Shown here: piece by piece, positions 1 to 9,222 of the stretch
Layout: each line of letters starts with the position of its first letter
Position numbering within the stretch: position 1 is the first letter of the stretch
Assembly: GCA_038087875.1 (NCBI GenBank)
Contig: JAXLNO010000064.1
Coordinates: 56,626-76,625 of the forward strand
Origin: Malacoraja senta
Taxonomy: Eukaryota
Direction of reading: 5' to 3'
DNA length: 20,000 nt
The notes under the pieces: generated by a model
The model's database searches: none
Told to the model about the DNA's origin: nothing
What the model saw: only the letters and a program-made list of their open reading frames with translations
Translations under genes and position numbers: made by a program

Positions 1-221
1 TCTGCAAGGTTGGTGGTCGTGGCAGTTCTGGCAAGGTCACGCAACCAGGTAAAAGATTGTGCTGTATATTTGATTGACCAAACTCCAGGGGCTATCAAAG
101 GTATTAACTGGTGATCTAATGATCCCCTACCTCTCCCCCCTTCCTCCACTAAACGCCGGTTAACTAGTTCCATACTTTGCCAAGATGTATCCCACCTGAG
201 CTCACACCTGTCCCCAGCCAA

Positions 222-605
222 CACTTAGGAGACCTAAACAGCAACCTCTGGTGACCTTGCCCGCCACCCAAAAAAAAAATCAAGGTCGAGGTGACCTGCA
301 ACCTGCAACCTCCTACCACCTCCCACCCATATGTTGAAAACCTTCCTCAATTATGAGGAAAACCGGCTTCGACTAGACCTGCGACTAAAAAATGATTGAT
401 TTTTAAAACGGCAACCTATTTTTAGTCGAGGCCGGTTTTAATCATGATGAAAAAATAGCAGCAACCTAGATGAAGCCTCGACCAGGCGGAAACCACTCGA
501 CCATTAGGGAGAGTGACCAAAACCTCCGGTGACCTCATGGAAATCTTGGGTGGCGGGCAAGGGCACCAGAGGTTGCTGTTTAGGTCTCCTAAGTGGGACA
601 GGGGC
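222..605. mobile_element. Non-autonomous DNA transposon (MITE), probably PIF/Harbinger-like
   Basis: 50-bp inverted repeats at 222-271 and 546-595 with one mismatch. Right end ...AAGTGGGACAGGGGC is followed by TTAA; the outermost ~10 nt of the left TIR are missing. Non-coding interior. Superfamily inferred from the GCCCCTGTCCCAC terminus and TAA flank. Confidence 0.75.
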
Positions 606-607
606 TT

Positions 608-773
608 AACAGTGAATCCCTGCCTGTTTTTTTCTTTTCTTTGCTTCCAGTTTTTCCCCCCACCCTCCCTACTACAATCAGTCTGAAGAAGGGTCCCGAC
701 CCGAAACATCACCTCTCCATTTTCTCCAGAGATGCTGCCTGACCTGCTGATTCACTCCAGCATTTTGTGTCTT
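608..773 (+). mobile_element. Penelope-derived short element (pLTR-like module); its upstream part at ~110-221 is split off by the MITE
   Basis: GTCTGAAGAAGGGTCCCGACCCGAAACATCACC...CCAGAGATGCTGCCTGACCTGCTGA...CTCCAGCATTTTGTGTC, the same module that lies 3' of the GIY-YIG fragment at 8505-8635. Confidence 0.75.
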
Positions 774-936
774 CTTATAGCTAACACCCTCTAATCCAGG
801 CATCATTCTGGTGAACCTCCTCTCTATCCTTTCCAAAGCCTCCACATCCTTCCTGCAGTGCAGAACTGTACGCAATACCTTAAATGCGACCTAACCAAAG
901 TCTTATAGAACTGCAACATGACTTCCTGACTCTTAC
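774..936 (-). mobile_element. CR1 LINE ORF2 C-terminal fragment
   Basis: Minus-strand translation RKDVEALERIERRFTRMMPGLEGVSY matches the CR1 ORF2 motif KD..LE.VQRR.T.M.PGL..LSY. Confidence 0.85.
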
Positions 937-1261
937 ACAATCCTGCCTTCCCAATGTAATTCCCCAAAGTCGGCTCTTAAAGCCATGGTGTTTGGAGTAT
1001 GAATTATGAATTGTTAGCACCTCCAACTCGGGTTCCTACTCGAAAATTGACATAGATTAAAACAAAATATGTATTTTATTTTAAGGAATAAGTAAGGTGA
1101 ACTGGTATATTGCAGCATTCCTTAACCTATGAATCCACTATCAAAAGTCAAGATGATCATTGCTATTGCAGTAGATCAAAAGGAGAAGTATGTAACTTCC
1201 TCATTCACACCTGGACTCCTTTATATAGTGATCCTATATTGTGGCATCATTAACATTTGCC

Positions 1262-1768
1262 CCTCTGCGTAGAAAGCATTTTATCGAGATGCAACACAGC
1301 TTGGTTTGGGAACAGCTCCATCCAAGACCGCAAGAAATTGTGGACGCAGCCCAGACCATCAGGCAAACCAACCTCCCTTCTGTTGAATCAATTTTCACCG
1401 CACGCTGCCTCGGCAAGGCCAGCAGCATCATCAAGGACGAATCGCACCCCGGCCACTCCCCCTTCTCCCCTCTCCCATCGGGCAAAGGTTACAGAAGTGT
1501 GAAAACGCACACCTCCAGATACAGGGACATTTTCTTCTCAGCTGTTATCAGGCAACTGAACCATCCCACCAACAACTAAAGAATAGTCCTGAAATACTAA
1601 CTGTCTCACTGGAGACCCTCGGACTATCTTTGATTGGAATTTACTGGACTTTATCTTGTACTAAACATTATTCACGTAATCATGTATTGTCTTTCCGCTG
1701 ACTGGTTAGCACGCAACAGAAGCTTTTGTCTGTTCCTCGGTTAACGTGACAATAAACTAAACTCAACT
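1262..1768 (+). mobile_element. Rex1/Babar-like LINE 3' end (frameshifted ORF C-terminus, 3' UTR and tail)
   Basis: Two frames join to CVESILSRCNTAWFGNSSIQDRKKL / IVDAAQTIRQTNLPSVESIFTARCLGKASSIIKDESHPGHSPFSPLPSGKGYRS...FFSAVIRQLN, typical of the Rex1/Babar C-terminus. Ends in AATAAACTAAACTCAACT. Confidence 0.8.
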
Positions 1769-1863
1769 CTTATACTTTGCAACCTTTATAAACTGGGAGA
1801 GCACAGCTGCGGTAAGAGGCTTTTCGATAGGTACATGGATATGCTGGGAATGGAAGGATTTGG

Positions 1864-2391
1864 AGCTGGCCGACTTCGGAGTGCGGATCGCTATGGTGGC
1901 GCATGGCTGTGGAGCTCGGAGGCTTCGGCTGCAGGCCCTGTGGACAGTAACATCGGGAGCTCGCGGATCCCTGCTGGGAGACCGTTTTTCGGAGCTCCCG
2001 CAACGGCAAACTTTGCCCGCCCGAATCGAGGGGTTTAAATCGACCGGGAGCGGGGCCTTACATTGCCCGGCGCGGTTTAAACGGCCGCGGGACTTACCAT
2101 CGCCCGCCGGGGGGGCTCTAACATCTAACATCAGGAGCCTCGATTGGCTCGGTGCAGCAGTTTGGCTGCTTGACTGTGGGAGAGGAAGGGGCACAGAGAA
2201 CGGGGAAGAGATAAGACTTTTGCCTTCCATCACAGTGACGAGGTGTTTGAGGATTCACTGTGATGGATGTTTTGTGTGGAATTGTGTGTTTTTTTTTTTT
2301 CTGTTTGTTGTTATGACTGCAGAAACGTAATTTTGTTTGAACTTATGTTCAAATGACAATAAACAGATTCTGATTCTGATTCTGATTCTGA
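1864..2391 (+). mobile_element. GC-rich non-coding retroposon with (GATTCT)n tail, inserted in a CR1 3' UTR (host halves ~1790-1863 and 2392-2480)
   Basis: AATAAA followed by GATTCT repeats at ~2367-2391; 13-bp hairpin at 2226-2267; flanks rejoin to CR1 3' UTR (GGAAGGATTTGGA / TGTGCAGGC...GGCCTGTTCCAGTGCTGTACTGTTC). Confidence 0.65.
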
Positions 2392-2591
2392 TGTGCAGGC
2401 AGCGGTTAGTTTAACCTAGTGTCATGTTTGCTACAGTCATTGTGGGCAAATTGGCCTGTTCCAGTGCTGTACTGTTCAATATGATTTTTATTGACTATTT
2501 CAAAATGAAAGTGAACTTTATTACAAATTGAGTTAACTGGAAAAGGACTGCACTATCTTTTGGCCTCCTGACCAGAACAGATACACATTCA

Positions 2592-2895
2592 GATAGACAC
2601 AGAAAGCTGGAGAAACTCAGTGGGTTAGACAGCATCTCTGGAGAAAAGGAATAGGTGATGTTTCGGGTCGAGAAGGGTCTCCATTCACCAGCTTACCCAC
2701 TCTGCAACCTCCACTATCTCCCTCGTCCCAACTTCCTAACCTGTTACAGTTAAAACACACAGCTAATAATGGCCTGCTTCCTTTATCATCCTTACTTTTT
2801 TGCATATCTTTCATTCATTTGTTCTATATATCTCGACATGGTCTATATATCTTGTTTCCCTTTCCCCTGACTCTTAGTCAGAAGAAGTGTCTTTT
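2592..2895. mobile_element. Penelope-derived elements (minus-strand module ~2592-2670, plus-strand 3' region to ~2895)
   Basis: AGCTGGAGAAACTCAGTGGG...GCATCTCTGGAGAAAAGGAATAGGTGATGTTTCGGGTCGAGA. 2760-2890 is approximately the reverse complement of 8300-8435. Confidence 0.7.
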
Positions 2896-3104
2896 GACAA
2901 TATCCATGTAATTTATGCATATGAGCTGTACCAATTCTCGCATATGCTCAGACTTGCACATATAATTATGCAAATCAGTCAGTGACCTTTAACTTGGAAA
3001 TAAATCATTCCTGTTTTTGATCCCAACACGAGTCTGTGTGGAGCCATCTTTCTCCGTCTAATATGTGCTAGTTTTACCTATATTGCAAGTAGACACATAT
3101 CAAA

Positions 3105-3320
3105 ACAGGTCTCGACCTAAAACATGACCTATTCCTTTTCTCCAGAGATGCCGTCTGACCTGCTGAGTTACTCCAGCTTTTTGTGTCTATCTTCGGTTTA
3201 AACCGGCATATTGTGTTTCAGTTGACCAAGAAGAAGGGTCTCGACCCGAAATGTTACCTATTCCTTTTCTCCAGAGATGCTGCCTGTGCCACAGTGTTAA
3301 TCCAGCTTTTTATGTATCTT
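3105..3320 (+). mobile_element. Two tandem Penelope-derived modules
   Basis: GGTCTCGACC..AAA..T.ACCTATTCCTTTTCTCCAGAGATGC...TCCAGCTTTTT occurs twice (~3108-3208 and ~3230-3320). Confidence 0.75.
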
Positions 3321-3396
3321 CACATAGTTCAATTAGCTTAGAGATGATAGAGATATTAGGTGGAATGACCAAAGCAGCTTGTAAAAACTTCACAAA

Positions 3397-3480
3397 TAGT
3401 TTAGTTTAGCTTAGTTTAGGGATGCAGCATGGGAACAGGCCCTTTGGCCCACAGAGTCCTCGCCAACCGACGATCACCCA
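3397..3480 (-). mobile_element. HE1/V-SINE 3' end
   Basis: (TTTAG)n tail, then sequence reverse-complementary to the SINE 3' end seen at 10480-10540 and 11330-11380. Confidence 0.7.
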
Positions 3481-3965
3481 AACAAGACCATGTTGGCAAT
3501 AGAAGGCGGGAACAAAGCGTTGGATGTGGTTTGAAGACCATTTAAAGAAATAAAATAAAGGATTTCATCAGCAGATCATCTGAGCCAGGGAGAGAACAAG
3601 ACAATGCTACTCAGGCAGATGGAAATATTCCTTACAAAGAGGACGTAAAGCTAACTTCCTGCTTTAATACGATGCTGAAGGTGGGAATTATTTCATTCTA
3701 CCTGAGATGGTGGCCAAGGAGGGAATGCATTCAATGGTCAACACCAAGAATTTGTGGGTTGGGACCCAATTATGTTACCTTCCGGGCTTAACTCAGAGGG
3801 CAAGCATCTTGACTTTCAACGGGGCAAAAATATAACAGAAATCTTCTTGTACTGTTTTTACTGGAGGTCTTCGGCCAAGGAAAACATGGGTATGGCCAAC
3901 AGGAGTTTTGTAATAGTTGGTAACGTAGCAATGCCAACGTAGCAATGACATGGAAAGAGGACAGA

Positions 3966-4050
3966 GTAAGATATTCTGTTGTGTTGCTGCAGGTAAGGAT
4001 GTCGTCATTCTATCTGGGACATATGACAATAAAACGCTGTTGAGTCTTGA
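3966..4050 (+). mobile_element. LINE 3' tail fragment (Rex1/L2-like)
   Basis: GATATTCTGTTGTGTTGCTGCAGGTAAG...CTGGGACATATGACAATAAAAC, closely similar to 14308-14393. Confidence 0.55.
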
Positions 4051-4472
4051 ATCGAGAAGGAAGGTGTAAATATGGATAACCTTGATCACAGTGGAGTGAA
4101 TATGGTGGTAATATATTCAACATGGAGCCTTGTCCATTGAGGTGAATGTACGTAGAAATCCCCACGTCCGCACTTTCCATCAACCCCTTTCCCATCCCCT
4201 CCCCTCCCTCCCCACTCTGTTCATCCCAATGGTTTTGTGCTTTAAGGGTTGGATATTTTTGAATGGTTCTCTTTGCTGCTTGCTGCTCTGTCATGGTCCC
4301 AGCAAGACAACCTTTGACCAAGGGCATGACTTTGCAGAGTTGGCCACTGACTGCAAAGTCTAAATTCAAGGCGCATGTTCCAATAGGATATATAGTTGTG
4401 TTTCCTTCTTGAACGGGCTGCCAAAGAAATCTTCAAAGCTGTATGTTGTAGCTGTTCACATCAGTGTAAAGA

Positions 4473-4860
4473 TGAGCGTTGGAGGCTGAGGGGAGAGCTG
4501 ATAAAAGTATATAAAATTATGAGAGGCATGGATAGGGTAGACAGTCTGAACCTTTTTTCCCCAGAGTGGAAATGTCAAAGACTAGAGAGCACAGGTTTGA
4601 GGTGAGAAGGGCAAAGTTTGAAGGAGAGGTACGAGGCAAGTTCTTTACCACAGAGGATGGTCGGTGCCTGGAACTGGCAGTGGTGGCGGAGGGATGTACA
4701 ATTGTGGCATTAAATAGGCATTAAGGATGGACACATGGAACTGCGGGGAATGGACTGATATGGATCCCTTGCAGGCAAAGAAGCTTACTTTAACTTGGCA
4801 TTATATTTGGCATGGACATTGTGGGCCGAAGGGCCTGTTCCTGTGCTGTACTGTTCTATG
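4473..4860 (+). mobile_element. CR1 LINE 3' end
   Basis: ERWRLRGELIKVYKIMRGMDRVD (CR1 RRLRGDLIEVYKI motif), then 3' UTR ending GGGCCGAAGGGCCTGTTCCTGTGCTGTACTGTTCTATG. Confidence 0.9.
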
Positions 4861-4980
4861 AGTAGGAAGGAACTGTTGCATATACCGAAGATAGGCACAG
4901 AATGCAGGAGTTACTCAGGGGGTCAGGCGGCATCTCTGGAGAAAAGGAATGGGTGATATTTCGGGTCAGAATCCTTCAGT
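4861..4980 (-). mobile_element. Penelope-derived module
   Basis: GTAGGAAGGAACTG...GAGTTACTCAGGGGGTCAGGCGGCATCTCTGGAGAAAAGGAATGGGTGATATTTCGGGTC. Confidence 0.7.
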
Positions 4981-5235
4981 CCTATGTTGTGTGTTCTAGG
5001 AAACTATCACCATGCCTTAATAATGAACACACTCTGCAGGACAAAGCATGTTCACAGTGCATGCGATATAACTAGAGGCTTACCTAGAGTCCCATGTTTT
5101 GAGAACAGATGAATGAGGAGCAGGATTAGGTCTCAACACCCTCATCCGCCAGCAGAATGGATGGAATTTTGTTAGGGTTTGAATATGTCTCTTCTATATT
5201 TAAGTGTTTGCACTCAGATTTCTGAATGTTATTTT

Positions 5236-5545
5236 CATAAGTCCGTAAGTTGTAGGGGCAGAATTAGGCCATTCAGCCCATCAAGTCTACTCTGCCATTC
5301 AATCATAGCTGATCTATCTTTCCCTCTCAATCCCCATTCTCCTGCCTTTGCCTCATAACCCCTGACACTTGTCCTAATCAAGAATCTATCAATCTCCACC
5401 CTAAAAATATCCATAGACTTGGCCTTCACAGCCTTCACAGATTCACCACCCTCATATACCTCCTCATCTCCTTTCTAAAGTTACGTCCTTTTATTCTGAG
5501 GCTATGGTCTCTGGTCCTGGACTCTCCCACCAGTGGCAACATTGG
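5236..5545 (-). mobile_element. CR1 LINE 3' end
   Basis: Minus-strand PLVGESRTRDHSLRIKGRNFRKEMRR and AVKAKSMDIFRVEIDRFL. The 3' UTR is the same family as 15372-15513 and 17415-17600. Confidence 0.85.
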
Positions 5546-5627
5546 AAAGAACAAATGTTTGCCCACTTTCCCCTCCTGAAGATATACACTTGTATTAACT
5601 GCACCTGCATAAGTCTCCTCCAACTTC

Positions 5628-5770
5628 TCATAGAGTCAGAGAGAGCCATCGAGCCATACAGCATGGAACCAGGCCCTTCGGCCCAACTTGCCCACACTGG
5701 CCAACACCATATTCCATCTACACTAGTCCCACCTCCCTGATTTTGGTCAGTATCCCTCCAAACCTTCTCT
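5628..5770 (-). mobile_element. CR1 3' UTR fragment
   Basis: CATACAGCATGGAACCAGGCCCTTCGGCCCAACTTGCCCACAC, reverse complement of the CR1 terminal sequence. Confidence 0.75.
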
Positions 5771-6026
5771 TTCTCGACAGCTCAACTAACCGTATAACCA
5801 GCGAGTACATTTAAATCTTTGAACAAAGTCATGGCAAGGGGAAAAATATATAAAGGGTAAATATAAAATCCTGCAAATTCTTGAAATCTGCTAAAAGAGA
5901 TAGTAATTCTTAGTTGGTTACAGATGTCCAATAACTGGGCTATCTAAATGAAAAATTGTTTCAATGTAAATTTGTTGTTCAATCAGAATTCCCTGTTTTT
6001 TGAATGAGAACTATCAAGATATCTTC

Positions 6027-6230
6027 AGTAGACAAAAATGCTGGAGAAACTCAGCGGGTGAGGCAGCATCTATGGAGCGAAGGAATAGGTGACGTTTCGG
6101 GTCGAGACCCTTCTTCAGGATATAGGTGATGTTTCAGATCGAGACCCTTCTTCAGGATATCAGTGACGTTTCGGATCGAGATCCTTCTTCAGCTATAGGT
6201 AATGTTTCGGGTCGAGACCCTTCGTCAGCC
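6027..6230 (-). mobile_element. Penelope-derived module with fourfold tandem repeat of the hammerhead-like core
   Basis: AAAAATGCTGGAGAAACTCAGCGGGTGAGGCAGCATCTATGGAGCGAAGGAATAGG followed by four 36-37-bp units. Confidence 0.85.
6091..6228 (-). ncRNA. Tandem array of four minimal type I hammerhead-ribozyme-like motifs
   Basis: Cores at 6091-6118, 6128-6155, 6165-6192 and 6201-6228. Minus-strand consensus CUGAnGA-A-GGGU-CUCG-ACCC-GAAACGUC. Activity untested. Confidence 0.65.
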
Positions 6231-6558
6231 TGATATTTTTGCTAGAATTGTTTTATAACACTTCTTCAGAAAATTTCTGTCCATCAGACTTTATATTTTC
6301 TTTGGACATTCTCAATCTCAATTAAAATGGAAACGGTGGAATGAAGGGAAGACCCAATTGATAAATATCCTTGAGATTTTTACAATCTTATTGGAGCTGT
6401 CTCTCTCTGCTTAAGACCTACTCCAGTAAACAGAATATTGATAAGAACTGCTTGTCAGTGAATCATTAGGATGTCACAGACATCCCTTCAATACTTTAAG
6501 TTGCTCTTTATTTGGCTTTGCAAGCACATTGATATAGGCAACATAATATTTTTATTAC

Positions 6559-6742
6559 TCAAAAAGCTGGAGTAACTCAGCTGGAGGATCAGGCAGCATC
6601 TCTGGAGAGAAGGAATGAGTGATGTTTCGGGTCGAGACCCTTCTTCAGACACGAAATGTCACTCATTCCTTCTCTTCAGAGATGCTGCCTGTTACTCCAG
6701 TTACTCCAGCTTTTTGTGTCTATCTTTGGTTTAAACCAGCAT
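6559..6742. mobile_element. Fold-back (inverted) pair of Penelope-derived modules
   Basis: Left arm ~6561-6629 is roughly the reverse complement of ~6652-6715; hammerhead-like core at 6621-6648 (-). Confidence 0.8.
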
Positions 6743-6782
6743 CTGCAGCTTCTTCCTACATATTTTTATGACATCTCTTTTT

Positions 6783-6975
6783 CACAGAGAATGTTGGATT
6801 CTCAGCAGGTCAGGAAGAGAAGCAGAGCTAACATTTCAGGACGACAACCCTTCATCAGCACTGATAAAGAGTCTTCTACCTGATACATGGACTCTGTTTC
6901 TGGTAAGTATGAATACTCTGCTGAGTATTTGCAGGATTTGCTGTTTTTATTTCAGATGTCCAACATTCGCACTTT
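6783..6975. mobile_element. Older, diverged Penelope-derived inverted module
   Basis: Minus-strand CTGATGAAGGGTTGTCGTCCTGAAATGTT at 6830-6858; plus-strand CTGCTGAGTATTTGCAGGATTTGCTGTTTTTATTTCAGAT. Confidence 0.55.
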
Positions 6976-7034
6976 TTTAACATTTTCTATTTTCACATGT
7001 GGCCCCAATTTAGCTGATTTTACATTTGTCATTG

Positions 7035-7262
7035 AGTCAGTCAGTAGTGGACAGCACAGATACAGGCCCTTCAGCCCACCGAGGCCATGCCGACTCTCAA
7101 CCACCCATTTGCACCAATCTTTTTTGCATCAATTTGCATTAACAATTCTCCCCATATTATTATTAACTTAATCCAGATTATACCACTCACAAACACACTC
7201 TGGGCAATTTGCAGTAATCAACAGCATTTGTACCCCTCAGGTCTTTGGGATGTGAGAAGAAG
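7035..7262 (-). mobile_element. Degraded HE1/V-SINE (3' half)
   Basis: ACAGCACAGATACAGGCCCTTCAGCCCACCGAG tail and GTCTTTGGGATGTGAGAAG, the reverse complement of the V-domain end CTCCCACATCCCAAAGAC. Confidence 0.65.
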
Positions 7263-7373
7263 CTGGCTCCACTGTGAAGTCCAATGGTAATATAATTAAG
7301 TGCAGGAAAGAACTGCAGATGCTGGTTTAAACTGAAGATAGGCACAAAAAGCTGATGTAACTCAGTGGGTCCA

Positions 7374-8150
7374 AATCAGAAGAATCAGAATCAGAATCAG
7401 AATCACACTTTATTCGCCAAGTATGTTTTGCAACAAATGAGGAATTTCATTGGCCAGGTCAGACATACAATTAAAAGCAACAGATCACTTCAAAAACACA
7501 TTTAAACATGAACATCCACCACAGTGACTCCTCCACATTCCTCACTGTGATGGAAGGCGAAATAAAGTTCAAGTCTCTTTCCTTAGTTCTTCCTCGGTCG
7601 TGGGCCTCGAGCCCTCTGTTGACGGGACGATCTTGACTCCCGTAGCCGGTGGCGTTCGGGCCCTCGGCGTCGAGGCGATCAGCTCCCGCATCGGGGGATG
7701 TCAGCTCCCCCGCGCTGGACGATCAAACCTCGTGTCGGGGCTGGTCGAGCCTTCTGCGACGTTGGAACTCCCGACTCAGCCTCTCCGGAGACTGTGAGCT
7801 TGATGGTAAAGTCAGTGGTGGTCGCGGTGGGAGCGATCTCAGGCAAGGGATCAGCTCCGGTGTTAAGTCCGCGCCCCACGATAGGGCTCAAAGTCAGTCT
7901 GAGGAGGCCTCCAGCTCCATCGATGGAAGGCCGCAGAGCGCTCGGAGAATGTGATCCGAAAATTAATCACATCTCCGGGAAGGTAAGAACTTGAAAAAAA
8001 GTTCCCCCCGACCCCCCCCCCCCCCCCCACATAAAACAAACCGAATAACATTAAAACAAACTTTTAACACACTAAAAAATAACAAAAAGAATGAAAAAAC
8101 GAACAGACTGCCGGCAGGGCAGCCATCGCCGCGGCGCCCCCTGGTGGTAT
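7374..8150 (-). mobile_element. GC-rich non-coding retroposon with (GATTCT)n tail, possibly near full-length
   Basis: (AGAATC)n at ~7374-7404 next to TTTATT (AATAAA on minus). Hairpin 7515-7554 shared with the 1864-2391 element. CpG-rich body, poly-C at 8003-8027. Confidence 0.65.
8134..8147 (-). promoter_or_regulatory. CTCF core consensus match
   Basis: Minus strand reads CCACCAGGGGGCGC, the canonical vertebrate CTCF core. Binding not shown. Confidence 0.5.
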
Positions 8151-8185
8151 GTACCTTGGCGGTGGTGGTTCCTTCCTACACAAAG

Positions 8186-8504
8186 AATTGTGTTGGAAGG
8201 AACAGCAGATGCTGGTTTAAACCAGATAGACACAAAAAGCTGGTGTAACTCAGCAGGTCAGCAGCATCTCTGGAGAAAAAGGAATGTTTCAGGTCGAGAC
8301 CCTTCTTCAGACTGCGAGTCAGGGGAAAGGGGAAGGAGAGATATAGACGGTGATTTAGAGAGATATAGAACAAATGAATGATAGATATGCAAAAAAGTAA
8401 TGATGATGAAGGAAACAGGCCATTGTTAGCTGTGGGCCAGGTGAAAACGAGTTACAGACAATGAGAAGAAGGATCTTGACCCAAAACATGGTCTGAAGAA
8501 GGGT
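8186..8504 (-). mobile_element. Penelope-derived element; its plus-strand partner module continues at 9113-9222
   Basis: GGAAGGAACAGCAGATGCTGGTTTAAACC...core at 8283-8310 and purine-rich UTR. GTCTGAAGAAGGGT at 8491-8504 is repeated at 9113-9126. Confidence 0.75.
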
Positions 8505-9112
8505 TTAAGAAGGAATTGCAGATGCTGGAAAATCGAAGGTACACAAAAATGCTGGAGAAACTCAGCGGGTGCAGTGGCATCTATGGAGCGAAGGAAATGG
8601 GCAACGTTTCGGGCCGAAACCCTTCTTCAGACTGATGGGGGGTGGGGGGTGGCGTGGAGAAGAAAGGAAAAAGGAGGAGGAGGAGCCCGAGGGCTGAGGG
8701 AGAGGTAGGAAGGGGAGGAGACAGCAAGGGCTAACAGAATTGTGAGAATTCAAAGTTCTTGCCGCCTGGATGCAGACTCCCCAAGTCTGAGGTGCTGTTC
8801 CTCCAATTTCCGGTGTTGCTCACTCTGGCCGCGGAGGAGGCCCAGGACAGAGAGGTCGGATACAGAATGGGAGGGGGAGTTGAAGTGCTGAGCCACCGGG
8901 AGATCAGGTTGGTCATTGCGAACCGAGCAGAGGGGTTCGGCGAAACGATCGCCAAGCCTACGCTTGGTCTCACCGATATAGATCAGCTGACATCTAGAGC
9001 AGCGGATGCAATAGATGAGGTTGGAGGAGGTGCAGGTGAACCTCTGTCGCACCTGGAATGACTGCTTGGATCCTTGAATGGAGTCGAGGGGGGAGGTAAA
9101 GCGACAAGTGTA
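8505..9112 (-). mobile_element. 5'-truncated Penelope-like element: GIY-YIG endonuclease C-terminus plus 3' pLTR module
   Basis: Coding remnant followed 3' by CTGAAGAAGGGTTTCGGCCCGAAACGTT (8603-8630) and terminal CAGCATCTGCAATTCCTTCTTAA. Flanked by a 14-bp direct repeat. Confidence 0.88.
8735..9112 (-). pseudogene. PLE GIY-YIG endonuclease domain remnant
   Basis: YTCRFTSPLDSIQGSKQSFQVRQRFTCTSSNLIYCIRCSRCQLIYIGETKRRLGDRFAEPL...PVAQHF...RKLEEQHL, containing LIY-CxxC-YIGET motifs. The usual EH reads EP and the C-terminus appears frameshifted. Confidence 0.88.
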
Positions 9113-9222
9113 GTCTGAAGAAGGGTCTTGACCTGAAACGTCACCTAATCCTTTTCTCCAGAGATGTTGCCTGACCTTTTCTCCAGAGATTGTGTGTTAC
9201 TACAACTTTTTGTGTCTGTCTT
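9113..9222 (+). mobile_element. Penelope-derived module with hammerhead-like core at 9115-9142
   Basis: CTGAAGAAGGGTCTTGACCTGAAACGTC|ACCTAATCCTTTTCTCCAGAGATG. Confidence 0.75.

Noticed and set aside
1763..2330. Overlapping 156-aa ORFs on both strands
   Set aside because: Stop-poor GC-rich repeat with no domain resemblance.
6085..6230. CRISPR-like array (28-bp palindromic repeats)
   Set aside because: Spacers are only 8-9 nt and similar to each other, there are no cas genes, the context is vertebrate, and the repeat is a dispersed retroelement module.
7600..8051. Several ORFs in the GC-rich element
   Set aside because: Open in many frames because of GC content; no motifs.
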